A DNA stretch of 64,000 nucleotides from Spirochaetia bacterium (GTDB lineage Bacteria; Spirochaetota; Spirochaetia; SZUA-6; Bin103): the NCBI GenBank assembly GCA_965198005.1, contig CBDAOI010000003.1:512001-576000 (forward strand), in the 5' to 3' direction. Positions 1 through 9,598 of this stretch are shown here, piece by piece. The notes under the pieces are model-generated. The model was not told the DNA's origin, made no database searches, and saw only the letters and a list, made by a program, of their open reading frames with translations. Numbering within the stretch: position 1 is the stretch's first letter; the number at the start of each line of letters is the position of its first letter. The position numbers were made by a program, and so were the translations under genes.

Positions 1-928
1 CGGCCAACTGCGCGAAGTCGGTGAGCAGCAGATCCGGCGGCCGGCCGGGGGCGGGATCGTCGTCCCGGAGCAGCAGCGAGGACGCGTCGCCGGCGAACAG
101 GGCCGCGTGCAGCCCCGCCTGCTGCGCCGCCCACACGTCGTTGCGCAGGTCGTTGCCGACCATCAACAGTTGCTGCGGTTGCAGCCGGTGGTGCCGCGCC
201 ATGCGCGCCGCGGCGGTGTGGTACAGCCGCGGTGACGGCTTGGCCTCGCCCTCGGCGAACGACCACACCGCCAGACGCGGGTCGAGCGCTACCTGCGGCA
301 GCAGCGCCTGCAGCACCAGCGGCGTGATGAACTGGGCGTTGGAGACGATGCCCACCGCCAGCCGCCGCCGCTTGAGCGCCGCGATCGCGGCCGCGGCGCC
401 GGGCATCGGCCATACCGGGTTGACGCGGCATTCGTAGCCCACCGCAACCCGCTCCACCTGTGCCACCTGTGCCACCTGTACGCCGGAGAGCGCTGCGCTC
501 CACCGGCGGCGCACGTCCACCTCGGGCCACGTGAGGCCGCGTGCGCGGGCGGCGGCGTGCTGCGCCCGAACTCCCGCCTCGAAGCGGCCTACCAGCTCGG
601 CCGCGGCGCCGGGCGCGGCCACGCCGGCGTCGGCCAGCGCCTGCTCCAGCGCCGCCGCCTTGGCGCCGTCGTCCGGCACAATCCTGCCGCTGGTGGCGGC
701 GGACAGCAGCAGCGTGCCGTAGACGTCGAACAGCACCCCGCGGATGCCGCGCAACGGCCCGAGCCGCGGCACAATCGGCCCGCTACCGTCCCGCTCCGGC
801 GTCACCGGCCGCGGGCAAAGCGGCCGTGACAAGCGCCGGATGTCGGCGCGCAGCGTACCCCACCGGTCGCCGGCCGGACCGGCTGCCGCAACCGCGCACC
901 GCCCGGCGCCGGCAGTGGAGTCGCTCAT
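1..928 (-). CDS. HAD-superfamily hydrolase (runs off the window start)
   Basis: Manual minus-strand translation from ATG 928 (or 937) gives GVLFDVYGTLL (motif I), GIVSNAQF (II), EAKPSP (III) and MVGNDLRND (IV). No stop before base 1, so it is absent from the ORF track. Confidence 0.85.
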   Translation of the reverse strand, partial: MSDSTAGAGRCAVAAAGPAGDRWGTLRADIRRLSRPLCPRPVTPERDGSGPIVPRLGPLRGIRGVLFDVYGTLLLSAATSGRIVPDDGAKAAALEQALADAGVAAPGAAAELVGRFEAGVRAQHAAARARGLTWPEVDVRRRWSAALSGVQVAQVAQVERVAVGYECRVNPVWPMPGAAAAIAALKRRRLAVGIVSNAQFITPLVLQALLPQVALDPRLAVWSFAEGEAKPSPRLYHTAAARMARHHRLQPQQLLMVGNDLRNDVWAAQQAGLHAALFAGDASSLLLRDDDPAPGRPPDLLLTDFAQLA

Positions 929-1021
929 GGTCGCCATCGCGCGCCTGCATCGTAGCACATCGTCCGCGCCGGTTGCGCCGCGCTGCGCCGCGCTGCCGGC
1001 GCACCGTATAATCGGCGTGCG

Positions 1022-2122
1022 GTGACAGTGACCCTGCACCAGGGGTTGATCGTGCACGCCGACGGGCGCTTCGTGGCCGATCTCGAACTGGCCGACGGCG
1101 TGGTGCGCGCGTTGCGGCTGCCGGCGGTCACGCCCGCGGCCGACCCGGCGCTCGAGCTCACCGGCCGCATCGTGTTTCCGGGGCCGATCGTAGTACACCG
1201 GCCGGCCGGCGCCGGGTCGGTCACGGGCACGGCGGCCGGTGTGCAGGAGCCCGGCGCCACCGGTGGCGGCGTGGTGCTGCCGCAGCTCGCGCCCGCCGCC
1301 CGGCCGGCCCGGCCGCCGGCCGGCGCCGTGGACGCGGTGGCGGTGCCGGTGCTGCACCGCCCGATGCGCCAGCTCGAGGCACTGCCGGAGGCGGTATTCG
1401 GCAGCGGGCGGGCGGCGTTCGCGGTGGACGATGCGGGCGTGGCGGCCTGCGGCCGGCGCTCCGGCGGCCTGGACCTGCTGTGCCGCCTGCTGGCCGAATG
1501 CGGCGCCACCCTGCTGGTCCTGAGCGACCGGCAGGCAACCATGACCAGGGTCGCGGCGGCCGGCGCCGCGGCGCCTGCCTGCCGGGTCCTGCTCGCGCCC
1601 GCACGCGGGCCGGGCGTCGAGAGCGCGGTCGCCGTGACCGCCAGAGCCACCGGCGCCGGGACCAGCCGCGCGACCGGTGCCGCGGCCGGCGCCGCGGCCG
1701 GCCGCGGCCCGGCGGTGGCGGCGCCGTGGGAAGTGCTCGGCCGCTGGTGGCACGCGGTGCGGAGCGGCTCGATACAGGCGGTGAGCATCGCGGGCGCGGC
1801 CGCGCCGCCGTCGCTCCTGGCGGAGCTGTGGTGGCAGGGGGTGGCCAGCGGCTGCATCACCCTCGAACAGCTTGCCGCTCTGCTCGGCTGGCACCCGGCA
1901 CGCCTGCTCGGCCTTGCCGGCAAGGGCCGGCTCTACCCCGGCTACGACGCCGATCTGGCGGTGCTGGACCCCGAAGCGCGGGTCGGCGAGCGGCGCGGCC
2001 TGGTCACGCGGCTGCTGCGCCGCGGCGCCGACGCCCACCGGCAAGCCGGCCGCTGGATCGACGCCGTCGCCGTTCCCGAGCCGCGGCCAGCGGCCGCCGT
2101 CAGTCCCGCAGCCGGCGCTTGA
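1022..2122 (+). CDS. Amidohydrolase-fold (dihydroorotase/allantoinase-like) protein with degenerate active site
   Basis: N-terminal LIVHADGRFVADLELADG and C-terminal HPARLLGLAGKGRLYPGYDADLAVLDP are typical of the fold. The DxHxH motif is replaced by PIVVHR. Confidence 0.6.
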   Translation: MTVTLHQGLIVHADGRFVADLELADGVVRALRLPAVTPAADPALELTGRIVFPGPIVVHRPAGAGSVTGTAAGVQEPGATGGGVVLPQLAPAARPARPPAGAVDAVAVPVLHRPMRQLEALPEAVFGSGRAAFAVDDAGVAACGRRSGGLDLLCRLLAECGATLLVLSDRQATMTRVAAAGAAAPACRVLLAPARGPGVESAVAVTARATGAGTSRATGAAAGAAAGRGPAVAAPWEVLGRWWHAVRSGSIQAVSIAGAAAPPSLLAELWWQGVASGCITLEQLAALLGWHPARLLGLAGKGRLYPGYDADLAVLDPEARVGERRGLVTRLLRRGADAHRQAGRWIDAVAVPEPRPAAAVSPAAGA

Positions 2123-2549
2123 GCGCCTCCAACTCGGCCGCGGCGCGCTGCTCGCTGTCGGCCCGCTCCAGTTCCTCGGCCAGCTCGTCGCGTTCGCCGG
2201 CCAGGGCCTGCAGCTCGGCCAGGAGCTGGTCCAGGTCTGCCGTCCGCGGCGCCTGCGCGCGCAACGACCGGAGCTGACTGCCGAGCACCTCGACCTGGGC
2301 CGCCAACTCCTGCTCCTCGGCCAGCAGCGTCCCGAGCTGCTCCTGCACCCGCGCCAGTTCCGCGCGGGCGGCGTCCCGCAACTGCGGCCGGCCGGCCGCC
2401 ACGGCCCGCCGGATCCGCTCCTCCCAGGTGCGCCGGACGTTCTCCAACTCGCGCTGCCGCTTGCGGGTCAGGCGCAGCGTGGTGAGGAACCCCAGCACGT
2501 AGCTGCGCGCCGCGGCCGGATCCATCCCGCTGAGGTCGGTCGCTTCCAT
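2100..2549 (-). CDS. Coiled-coil protein, short PspA/IM30-like
   Basis: 149-aa helical protein. WEERIRRAVAAGRPQL resembles WEQNAMAAVRAGKDEL in the PspA at 31726. Confidence 0.6.
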   Translation of the reverse strand: MEATDLSGMDPAAARSYVLGFLTTLRLTRKRQRELENVRRTWEERIRRAVAAGRPQLRDAARAELARVQEQLGTLLAEEQELAAQVEVLGSQLRSLRAQAPRTADLDQLLAELQALAGERDELAEELERADSEQRAAAELEALKRRLRD

Positions 2550-2636
2550 ATCCGCGCTATCCTACACCATCAGCCCTCACCGCCGACAGGTGTTGACTCG
2601 AGGCAACGTCTCTAGTAGCATTTGGAGATCCAGCAT

Positions 2637-3173
2637 ATGTCGGTTTATCAGTTTACGTTGATACTGGAAGGGCCGGACCTGCAGGGCGACGCGGCCATTG
2701 ACGCTCTGTTTGAAGCCGGTTGTGATGATGCTCTGGTCGGCCGCACCGACGGAGTACAGTACGTTGACTTCGACCGCGAGGCGCCGGGTCCGGAAAGTGC
2801 TTTTCTGTCGGCGATCTCCGATGTGGAACGAGTCAAGGGAGTCGAAGTGATCCGGCTTGCCAATGAAGGACTCGTCTCCATGGCGGAAATTGCAGCCCAC
2901 GTGGGACGGACCCGCGAAAGTGTTCGGCTACTGGTCAGGGGTGAGCGGGGACCGGGAGGATTCCCGGCCCCGGTGACCGACCCTCGTACGCGCTACCGGC
3001 TTTGGCGCTGGTCGGAGGTCAGCCGCTGGTTCGAGACCAACTACGACGAACAGCCCATGCGTCGAGATGCGCATATTGCCGCTGCCGTTAACGCAGGTCT
3101 GGAGTTGCGTCGCTACGGCCGCTTGGCAAGGGCGGAGCAGCGCGCAGAACTGAGTCAGCTTATCGGCTTCTGA
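2637..3173 (+). CDS. Putative DNA-binding protein (N-terminal alpha/beta domain plus HTH)
   Basis: GGAG upstream of ATG 2637. HTH-like VSMAEIAAHVGRTRESVRLL followed by GGFPAP..LWRWSEV. Lower GC than neighbours. Confidence 0.7.
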   Translation: MSVYQFTLILEGPDLQGDAAIDALFEAGCDDALVGRTDGVQYVDFDREAPGPESAFLSAISDVERVKGVEVIRLANEGLVSMAEIAAHVGRTRESVRLLVRGERGPGGFPAPVTDPRTRYRLWRWSEVSRWFETNYDEQPMRRDAHIAAAVNAGLELRRYGRLARAEQRAELSQLIGF

Positions 3174-3227
3174 CGCGCTGATTCACCAGGGGTCTGTCAC
3201 AAGCGGTCCGCGAGGAGGGGGTGGAAA

Positions 3228-3962
3228 TTGACCGTACGCGGCGGGGGCCGACGACAGCAGCAACGGAGCGCAGCACCGGCTGCCGTAACCGCCGAAGAGC
3301 TCCTGGACGACGGCCTGCGGCGGTTGCGGCTGGCAGGGGAGCCGCCGCTCGCGCGGCCGCTGTTGCGGTTCATCGATCTGATCGAGGGCGCCAACCCGGT
3401 GTACCGGCTGGTCGATGCCGATCGGACCCGCCTGGTGACCCATCACGTACTCGACAGCCTGGCTGCCGTCCCCGTGCTGCGCACCTTCGAGCCGCGCGCC
3501 ACGCTGCTGGACGTCGGCAGCGGCGCCGGGTTGCCCGGCGTCCCGCTGGCGCTGGCGCTGCCCGAAGTACGGGTGACGCTGCTTGAGCGCAGCACGCGGC
3601 GGGCGGAGTTTCTCCGGCACGTACGCCGCGAGTTGCCGCTGCCGGGTGTCCGCATCGTCGACCGGCCGCTGGCCGCGGCCGGAGCCGAGACCTACGACCT
3701 GATCGTCTGCCGCGCGGTGGCGCCGCTGGCCCGCCTGCTGCCCGACCTGGCGCGGCTGGCGCGCCGCGGGCACGCGCTGCACGCGCGCACGACCGTGGTC
3801 GTCTATCAGGGGACCGCCGCCACCGTGCGCGCCGAGTTGGCCCGCCCCGAGCTCCAGGCTCGAAGGTCGCTGCGCGTCCGCGTGGTCGCGCTGCAGGTTC
3901 CCCAGCTCGCCGCGGAGCGCCACCTGATCATGCTCACCGGGTTCGCCCCGGGCCGGTCGTGA
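3228..3962 (+). CDS. rsmG: 16S rRNA m7G527 methyltransferase
   Basis: HVLDSL, LDVGSGAGLPGVPLA and CRAVA motifs. Exact start uncertain. Confidence 0.9.
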   Translation: MTVRGGGRRQQQRSAAPAAVTAEELLDDGLRRLRLAGEPPLARPLLRFIDLIEGANPVYRLVDADRTRLVTHHVLDSLAAVPVLRTFEPRATLLDVGSGAGLPGVPLALALPEVRVTLLERSTRRAEFLRHVRRELPLPGVRIVDRPLAAAGAETYDLIVCRAVAPLARLLPDLARLARRGHALHARTTVVVYQGTAATVRAELARPELQARRSLRVRVVALQVPQLAAERHLIMLTGFAPGRS

Positions 3963-4783
3963 CGCTTACCTGGTGGCAGTCGCTGGCGCTGGGCGCACTC
4001 CAGGGCGCGACCGAATTCCTGCCGGTCTCCAGTTCCGGCCACCTGATCCTGCTGCGCGCGGTGCTCGGCATGGGCGAGGTGCCGTTGCTGTTCGACGTGT
4101 TGCTGCACGTCGCGACGCTGGCGGCGGTCGGCGTGGTGTTTCGCCGGCGGCTGGGGGAGCTGGCCTGTGCCGCGCTCGATCTCGCCCGCCCGGAGCCGCT
4201 CCGCCGCGGCCGCGCCGCCGACCGCCGGCTGCTGTTGTTGCTGCTGGTGGCCACGGTGGTCACCGCCGGCATCGGCCTGCTGCTGGGCCGGCTGGGCCTG
4301 CCGCGCGAACCGCGCCTGGCGGCGGCGATGCTGCTGGTCACCGCCGCTCTGCTGGTGGGCGCGCGGGTGCTGCGCGGTCAGGCGCTGCCGCGCCGCGGCT
4401 GGCAGCCGGGCTGGCGCTGGGCGCTGGTCGTGGGAATCGCCCAGGGACTGGCCGTGCTGCCCGGCCTATCACGCTCGGGCGTGACCATGGCCACCGCGAT
4501 TCTTGCGGGAGCCGACCGGGAAGCCGCGGCCGAGTTCTCGTTCCTGGCCGCGATCCCGGCAATCGCCGGCGCATTGCTGGTTACGCTGCCCGATCTGCCG
4601 GCGCTGGCGGCGGGCGGCGGCGGTGTCGGGCCCCTGGTGGCGGGCATGGCCGCGGCGTTCGCGGTGGGGTGGGGCGCCCTGGCCCTCCTGCTGCGGATCG
4701 TGCGCCGTGGCCGGCTGCACCTGTTTGCCCTCTACCTGGTACCGGCCGGCGTGCTCGCCCTGGCATTGATCGGCCCCGGCTGA
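3959..4783 (+). CDS. uppP: Undecaprenyl-diphosphate phosphatase
   Basis: QGATEFLPVSSSGHL, PGLSRSG and AAEFSFL motifs. Confidence 0.95.
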   Translation: MTLTWWQSLALGALQGATEFLPVSSSGHLILLRAVLGMGEVPLLFDVLLHVATLAAVGVVFRRRLGELACAALDLARPEPLRRGRAADRRLLLLLLVATVVTAGIGLLLGRLGLPREPRLAAAMLLVTAALLVGARVLRGQALPRRGWQPGWRWALVVGIAQGLAVLPGLSRSGVTMATAILAGADREAAAEFSFLAAIPAIAGALLVTLPDLPALAAGGGGVGPLVAGMAAAFAVGWGALALLLRIVRRGRLHLFALYLVPAGVLALALIGPG

Positions 4784-4877
4784 CGGCTGCTTCGACCGCG
4801 CACTGCAGGGGGCGGTGGCCGCCCTTAGGCCCTTCAGGCCACTCCGCCCGCGCGCCTCGCCTGCCGATACTGAGGGT

Positions 4878-7249
4878 ATGGCAGACGAGCCGCTTGCCGA
4901 CGGCGCCCCGCCGGCGGGGACAGATGCGCCCTGGTACGCTTGGCTCCCGGGCAACGGCCTGCAGCGCTGGCTGGCGGTGGGGCTGGCGGCCGTGGCTACC
5001 CTGCTGCTCGCCTCGCTCGTTCCGTTCCTGGCCGCAGGGCGGCCGCAGGCGGCTCGGTTTCCGCTGACGGTAGTCTACGCTCCGGCGTGGTTCCTGTTCG
5101 ACGCGTTCTTCTGGCTGGCACTGCTGATCCCCGCACTGTGCTATGCCTACGTGTACGTGCTGCTCAGCCGCCAGGTGCGGCGGGAAGTGATGACCGTGCT
5201 GATCCCCGCCGGGTTGATCATCCTCACCGTAAGCACGCTGTTCCACGTTGTGGCCGCCGGCAGCCAGACCCGGGCCGCGCCGGTCGCGAGCGCGCTGGTG
5301 CTGTTCTTCGGCCGCGTGCCGGCCGCGGTCCTGGTGGCGCTCGCCGCCCTGCTCGAGGCGCTCGCGATTGTCGCCCTGTGCGTGCGCTTGGCGCGTGCTC
5401 CGGCTCCGGCGCCGCTCCCCTTCACCCGACCGCAGGCGGGCGCGGCCGAGTCCGGCGTGGCCGATCAATCGGCCGCCGTGCAGAACGGAACCCACGCGCC
5501 TGATCCGGAGCCGAGCGAACCCTGCCCGGACGACCTGAGCGCCATGGCAGCATCGGAGGTCGGTCGGCCGGACCCGGAACCCGCCGCACCCGACGCTGCC
5601 GCAGCCGACGCTGCCGCACCCGACGCTGCCGCACCCGACGCTGCCACACCCGACGCTGCCGCACCCGACGCTGCCGCACCCGACGACGCCGCGCCCGCCG
5701 CACCCGACGCTGCCGCACCCGACGCGACGCCGCCGCCGCCCCCCCCGACGACGACGCCACCGCCGCACCCGCGCCCGTCGCGCGTTCGGCCGCCTCCCGC
5801 ACCGCCCGCAGTCGGCGCCGCGGCTACCACGTCCCGCTGGAGGTTCTCGACGAGTACCGGACGGAAGAGCCGGCGCGGGTTGAGCAGGACACCAGCGCCG
5901 CCGCCGACACCCTCATGGCGACCCTGGCGGAGTTCAAGATCGACGCCGAGGTCACCGGCATCCGGCGCGGTCCGGTCATCACCATGTTCGAGATCCTGCC
6001 GGCGCCGGGAGTCAAGATCTCCCGCATCGTCAACCTGGCGGACAACATCGCGCTCCGGCTGGCGGCATCGCGGGTGCGCATCGTGGCGCCGATCCCGGGC
6101 AAGCACGCGGTCGGGATCGAGGTGCCCAACCGGCACCGGGCCATCGTCTCGTTCCGCGAGATCGTCAGCCTGCCGCAGTTCAAGCCGGCTCCGAGGAAGC
6201 CCTCCGCGGGCATCCCCATAGTCCTCGGCAAGGACATCACCGGCGAGGCGCAGATCGTGGACCTCGCCGCCACTCCGCATCTCCTGATCGCCGGCGCGAC
6301 CGGGTCCGGCAAGTCGGTGCTGGTCAACTCGCTGATCTGCTCGATTCTGTATGCCCGTACCCAGGAACAGGTGCGCCTGCTGCTGATCGATCCCAAGATC
6401 GTCGAGCTCAAGCTCTACAACGACGTGCCGCATCTGCTCACGCCGGTGATCACCGATCCCAAGCGCGCGTTCCAGGCGCTGCAGTACTGCCTGTACGAGA
6501 TGGAGCGCCGTTACGCCTTGCTCGACGGGCTCGGCGTGCGCGACATCACCTCCTTCAACCGCAAGGTTACGGGCGGGGACGTGCAGCTCACCACCGGCCC
6601 CCTGCCCTACCTGGTGATCGTGATCGACGAGTTCGCGGACCTGATGGCCACCACCGGCAAGGAGCTGGAGTCGACCCTGGCGCGGCTGGCGGCGATGGCA
6701 CGGGCGGTGGGAATCCACATCGTGCTCGCCACCCAGCGCCCCTCGATCGACGTGATCACCGGTCTGATCAAGGCCAACATCCCCTCCCGCATCGCCTTCA
6801 TGGTGGCCGGCAAGTTCGACTCGCGCATCATCATCGACGCCGTGGGCGCAGAAAAGCTGCTCGGCCGCGGCGACATGCTGTTCGCGCCCGCCTGGGACGC
6901 CAACCCGGTGCGCATCCAGGGGGCGTTCCTGTCCGAGGATGAGGTCGAGCGGATCGCGGCGTGCGTGCGCGAGCTGGGCGAGCCGGACTACATCGACGAA
7001 GACCTGCTGTTCGACGAGGAAGCCAGTCCGAACCTGGAGCCGGGCGGCAACGATCCGTTGATGGAGGAAGCGCTGGAGGTGGTGATAGCCGCCGGCAAGG
7101 CCTCGGCCTCCTATCTCCAGCGCAAGCTCAAGATCGGCTACAACCGGGCCGCCCGGATGGTGGAGGAGATGGAGCAGCGCGGCATCGTCGGTCCCGCCTA
7201 CGGCAGCAAGCCGCGCGAACTCCTGCACGTACCGAGCCGCGGCGAATGA
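4878..7249 (+). CDS. ftsK: FtsK/SpoIIIE DNA translocase, split by one frameshift in the linker (~5724-5746)
   Basis: Transmembrane N-terminus from ATG 4878 is in one frame. The motor domain (HLLIAGATGSGKS, VIDEFADL, LATQRPS) and gamma domain (YLQRKLKIGYNRAARM) are in another frame ending at 7249. Confidence 0.9.
5583..5725 (+). repeat. 15-bp tandem repeat (GCCGCACCCGACGCT), about 9 imperfect units, encoding AAPDA linker repeats
   Basis: Directly visible in the sequence. Confidence 0.9.
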
Positions 7250-7253
7250 TCGA

Positions 7254-7952
7254 TCATTCCTGGGCTTCCATGGCGCGCACCGCGGCCGCGATCGTCGCGG
7301 CCGCCATCGCCAGGGGCATCACCTCCGAATTGATCACCAGATGGTAGAGGGCGTTGCTGTTCCAGTCGACGTGATAGTTGCGATGAATGAACGCCGCCCG
7401 CCGCCGGTCACTCAGCCGCACCTGCTGCAGGGCATCGCGAAACGACAGGTTCTCCTCGGCCGCGTGGCGCTCGGCCCGCGCCTCCTCCGCGGCGACGATC
7501 CGGACCCGGATGGTGTGCGGATCGTCGCGCAGCAGCATCATGCCGCCGCGGCCGACGATGATCACCCGCCCGCGCTCGGCCAAGCGACGGATCGTCTGCT
7601 GAATCACCCGATGGTAGCCCTGGCGGTCGAGGAAGTGCATCTCCTCGCTTACGTCGGCGTCGGCCGGCGGCACGAAGATCCCACCGGGGCCGTGATAGGA
7701 GAGATCGACCAGCGATGAGGAGGGCATGCTGACGAGGTTCTCCATGCTGAACCAGCGGCCCAGGAAGCCGCGGATGCCGGGCTCCTCCACCTCGTCGATC
7801 TCGGCCACCTCTTCCTCGGCTACGCGGGCACTCCTGGCCACCTCGGTGATCAGCCCCTTGTCGACGACTTCGTAGTTCAACAACTCCGCCGCCCGTACGC
7901 CGATGGCGCGCGCTCCGCTCCCGAGCTGACGGGATATGGTCACTACTGCCAC
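7254..7952 (-). CDS. Cytidylate kinase-like family protein
   Basis: VVTISRQLGSGA, VIIVGRGG and YHLVINS motifs. GTG start at 7952 with GGAGGT RBS. Confidence 0.85.
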   Translation of the reverse strand: MAVVTISRQLGSGARAIGVRAAELLNYEVVDKGLITEVARSARVAEEEVAEIDEVEEPGIRGFLGRWFSMENLVSMPSSSLVDLSYHGPGGIFVPPADADVSEEMHFLDRQGYHRVIQQTIRRLAERGRVIIVGRGGMMLLRDDPHTIRVRIVAAEEARAERHAAEENLSFRDALQQVRLSDRRRAAFIHRNYHVDWNSNALYHLVINSEVMPLAMAAATIAAAVRAMEAQE

Positions 7953-7968
7953 GGTCAACCTCCCGCTC

Positions 7969-8042
<74 letters not shown>

Positions 8043-8074
8043 CCGTTCCAATGAGCAGCATCACCGGCCGGCTG

Positions 8075-9406
8075 TCAATGCCCCCCTGCTCCCCCTGCCT
8101 CGGCCGTCCCGGCCCCGAGCGTCGCCGCGTGCCGGCGAATCGCGCGTACCCGCTCCACCAGCGTGGGATGCGAGTAGTGATAGCCGCTGTACCACGGGTG
8201 GGGGTGCAGATTGCTCAGGTTGTCGGTGCCGAGCTTGACCAGCGCCCCTTCCATCCCGTGCGCGCCGCCGGTGGCGGTCACCGCGTAGCGGTCGGCCTCA
8301 TATTCGTGGCGGCGCGACCAGCCCGTGAGCACCGGACTGAGCAGGAACAGCGCCGGCCCCGAGACCAGGGAGAGGATGATCAGCGCAGCGTGCGAGCTGG
8401 GTGCGCCGGCGCCCGCGGCGTCGACGAATCCGAACGCCGCGAACCACGCCGGTTGCTGCAGCAACACGCTCATCAGCCAGAGGCCGGCCAGCGTCAGCGT
8501 CAGGCTCAGCGCGAGGTGCTTGCCTACGTGGCGCCGTTTCTCGTGGCCGATCTCGTGCGCCAGCACCGCCTCCACCTGCGGCTCGTCCAGCGCGCTGAGC
8601 AGGGTGTCGAACAGCACGATCCGCTTGGCGCGGCCGAACCCGGTGAAGTAGGCGTTGCTGTGGCGCGAGCGGCGGCTGCCGTCCATCACGAGGATGGCGC
8701 GCACCTTGAACTGCAGGCGGAAGGCCAGCCCCACCAGCCGCTCGCGCAGGGAGCCCGCCTCCAGCGGCTGGAAGCGGTTGAACAGCGGCGCGATCAGCGG
8801 CTGGTAGAGGTAGGTCATCACGAGCTGGAAGGCGGCGATGAAGGCGAACGCGTAGATCCACCACAGCGCCCCGGTCGTGGCCATGAACCAGAACAGCCCC
8901 AACAGCAGCGGCACGCCGAGAACCAGGGACAGCAGCGTGCTCTTGACCAGGTCGAGCACGAAGGTGCGTCCGTTCATGCGGTTGAACCCGAACCGCTGCT
9001 CGATCACGAACTGGCCGTAGACGCGGCCGGGCAGCGCCAGCACGATGCCGGCGGCTCCCAGCAGAAACAGCAGCACGACTCCGGCCAACGCCGGTGACGC
9101 GATCCCCCATCCCTGCAGCGTGCCGGTGACCCACCGGTCGAGGATGCCGAGGACACCGCTGGCGATCACGGCCAGGGTAACCGCCACCTTCACCGCGCGC
9201 GTGACCAGAGCCAGCCCGCTGCGGGCGCGCAGGTAGTTGCCCATGCGCGCGGCGGTGGGGGCATCCACCACCCCGGTCAGCTCCGGCGGCGGTTCGGCGT
9301 GGCGGGCGGCGTGGCGCAGGTTGAGCAAAGTCAGGAACGCCTCCCACGCCTGCTGCACGGCGTACAGGACGATCCACGCGGTCAATACAGTAGCGGCCGA
9401 CATCAC
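8075..9406 (-). CDS. M48 (Ste24-like) membrane zinc metalloprotease
   Basis: DGSRRSRHSNAYFTGFG, AHEIGH, EYEADRYA and YSHPTL motifs. Confidence 0.92.
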   Translation of the reverse strand: MMSAATVLTAWIVLYAVQQAWEAFLTLLNLRHAARHAEPPPELTGVVDAPTAARMGNYLRARSGLALVTRAVKVAVTLAVIASGVLGILDRWVTGTLQGWGIASPALAGVVLLFLLGAAGIVLALPGRVYGQFVIEQRFGFNRMNGRTFVLDLVKSTLLSLVLGVPLLLGLFWFMATTGALWWIYAFAFIAAFQLVMTYLYQPLIAPLFNRFQPLEAGSLRERLVGLAFRLQFKVRAILVMDGSRRSRHSNAYFTGFGRAKRIVLFDTLLSALDEPQVEAVLAHEIGHEKRRHVGKHLALSLTLTLAGLWLMSVLLQQPAWFAAFGFVDAAGAGAPSSHAALIILSLVSGPALFLLSPVLTGWSRRHEYEADRYAVTATGGAHGMEGALVKLGTDNLSNLHPHPWYSGYHYSHPTLVERVRAIRRHAATLGAGTAEAGGAGGH

Positions 9407-9598
9407 GCCCAGAGTGTACGCCGCGACCTGCCGCCACGGCTACGCACCTCTGAATCTGAAGCAGCAGCGAAACGCCACCGTCGTAACCAGTACGGTCCCC
9501 CCGGACGACCCCAGGGCGATGGCGGCGCGGCACGGGCGACACCCCAGCCCGCTCCGTGGTAGGCTCGCAACGGGGAAAGGGGCACCGCAGAGGTGTAC

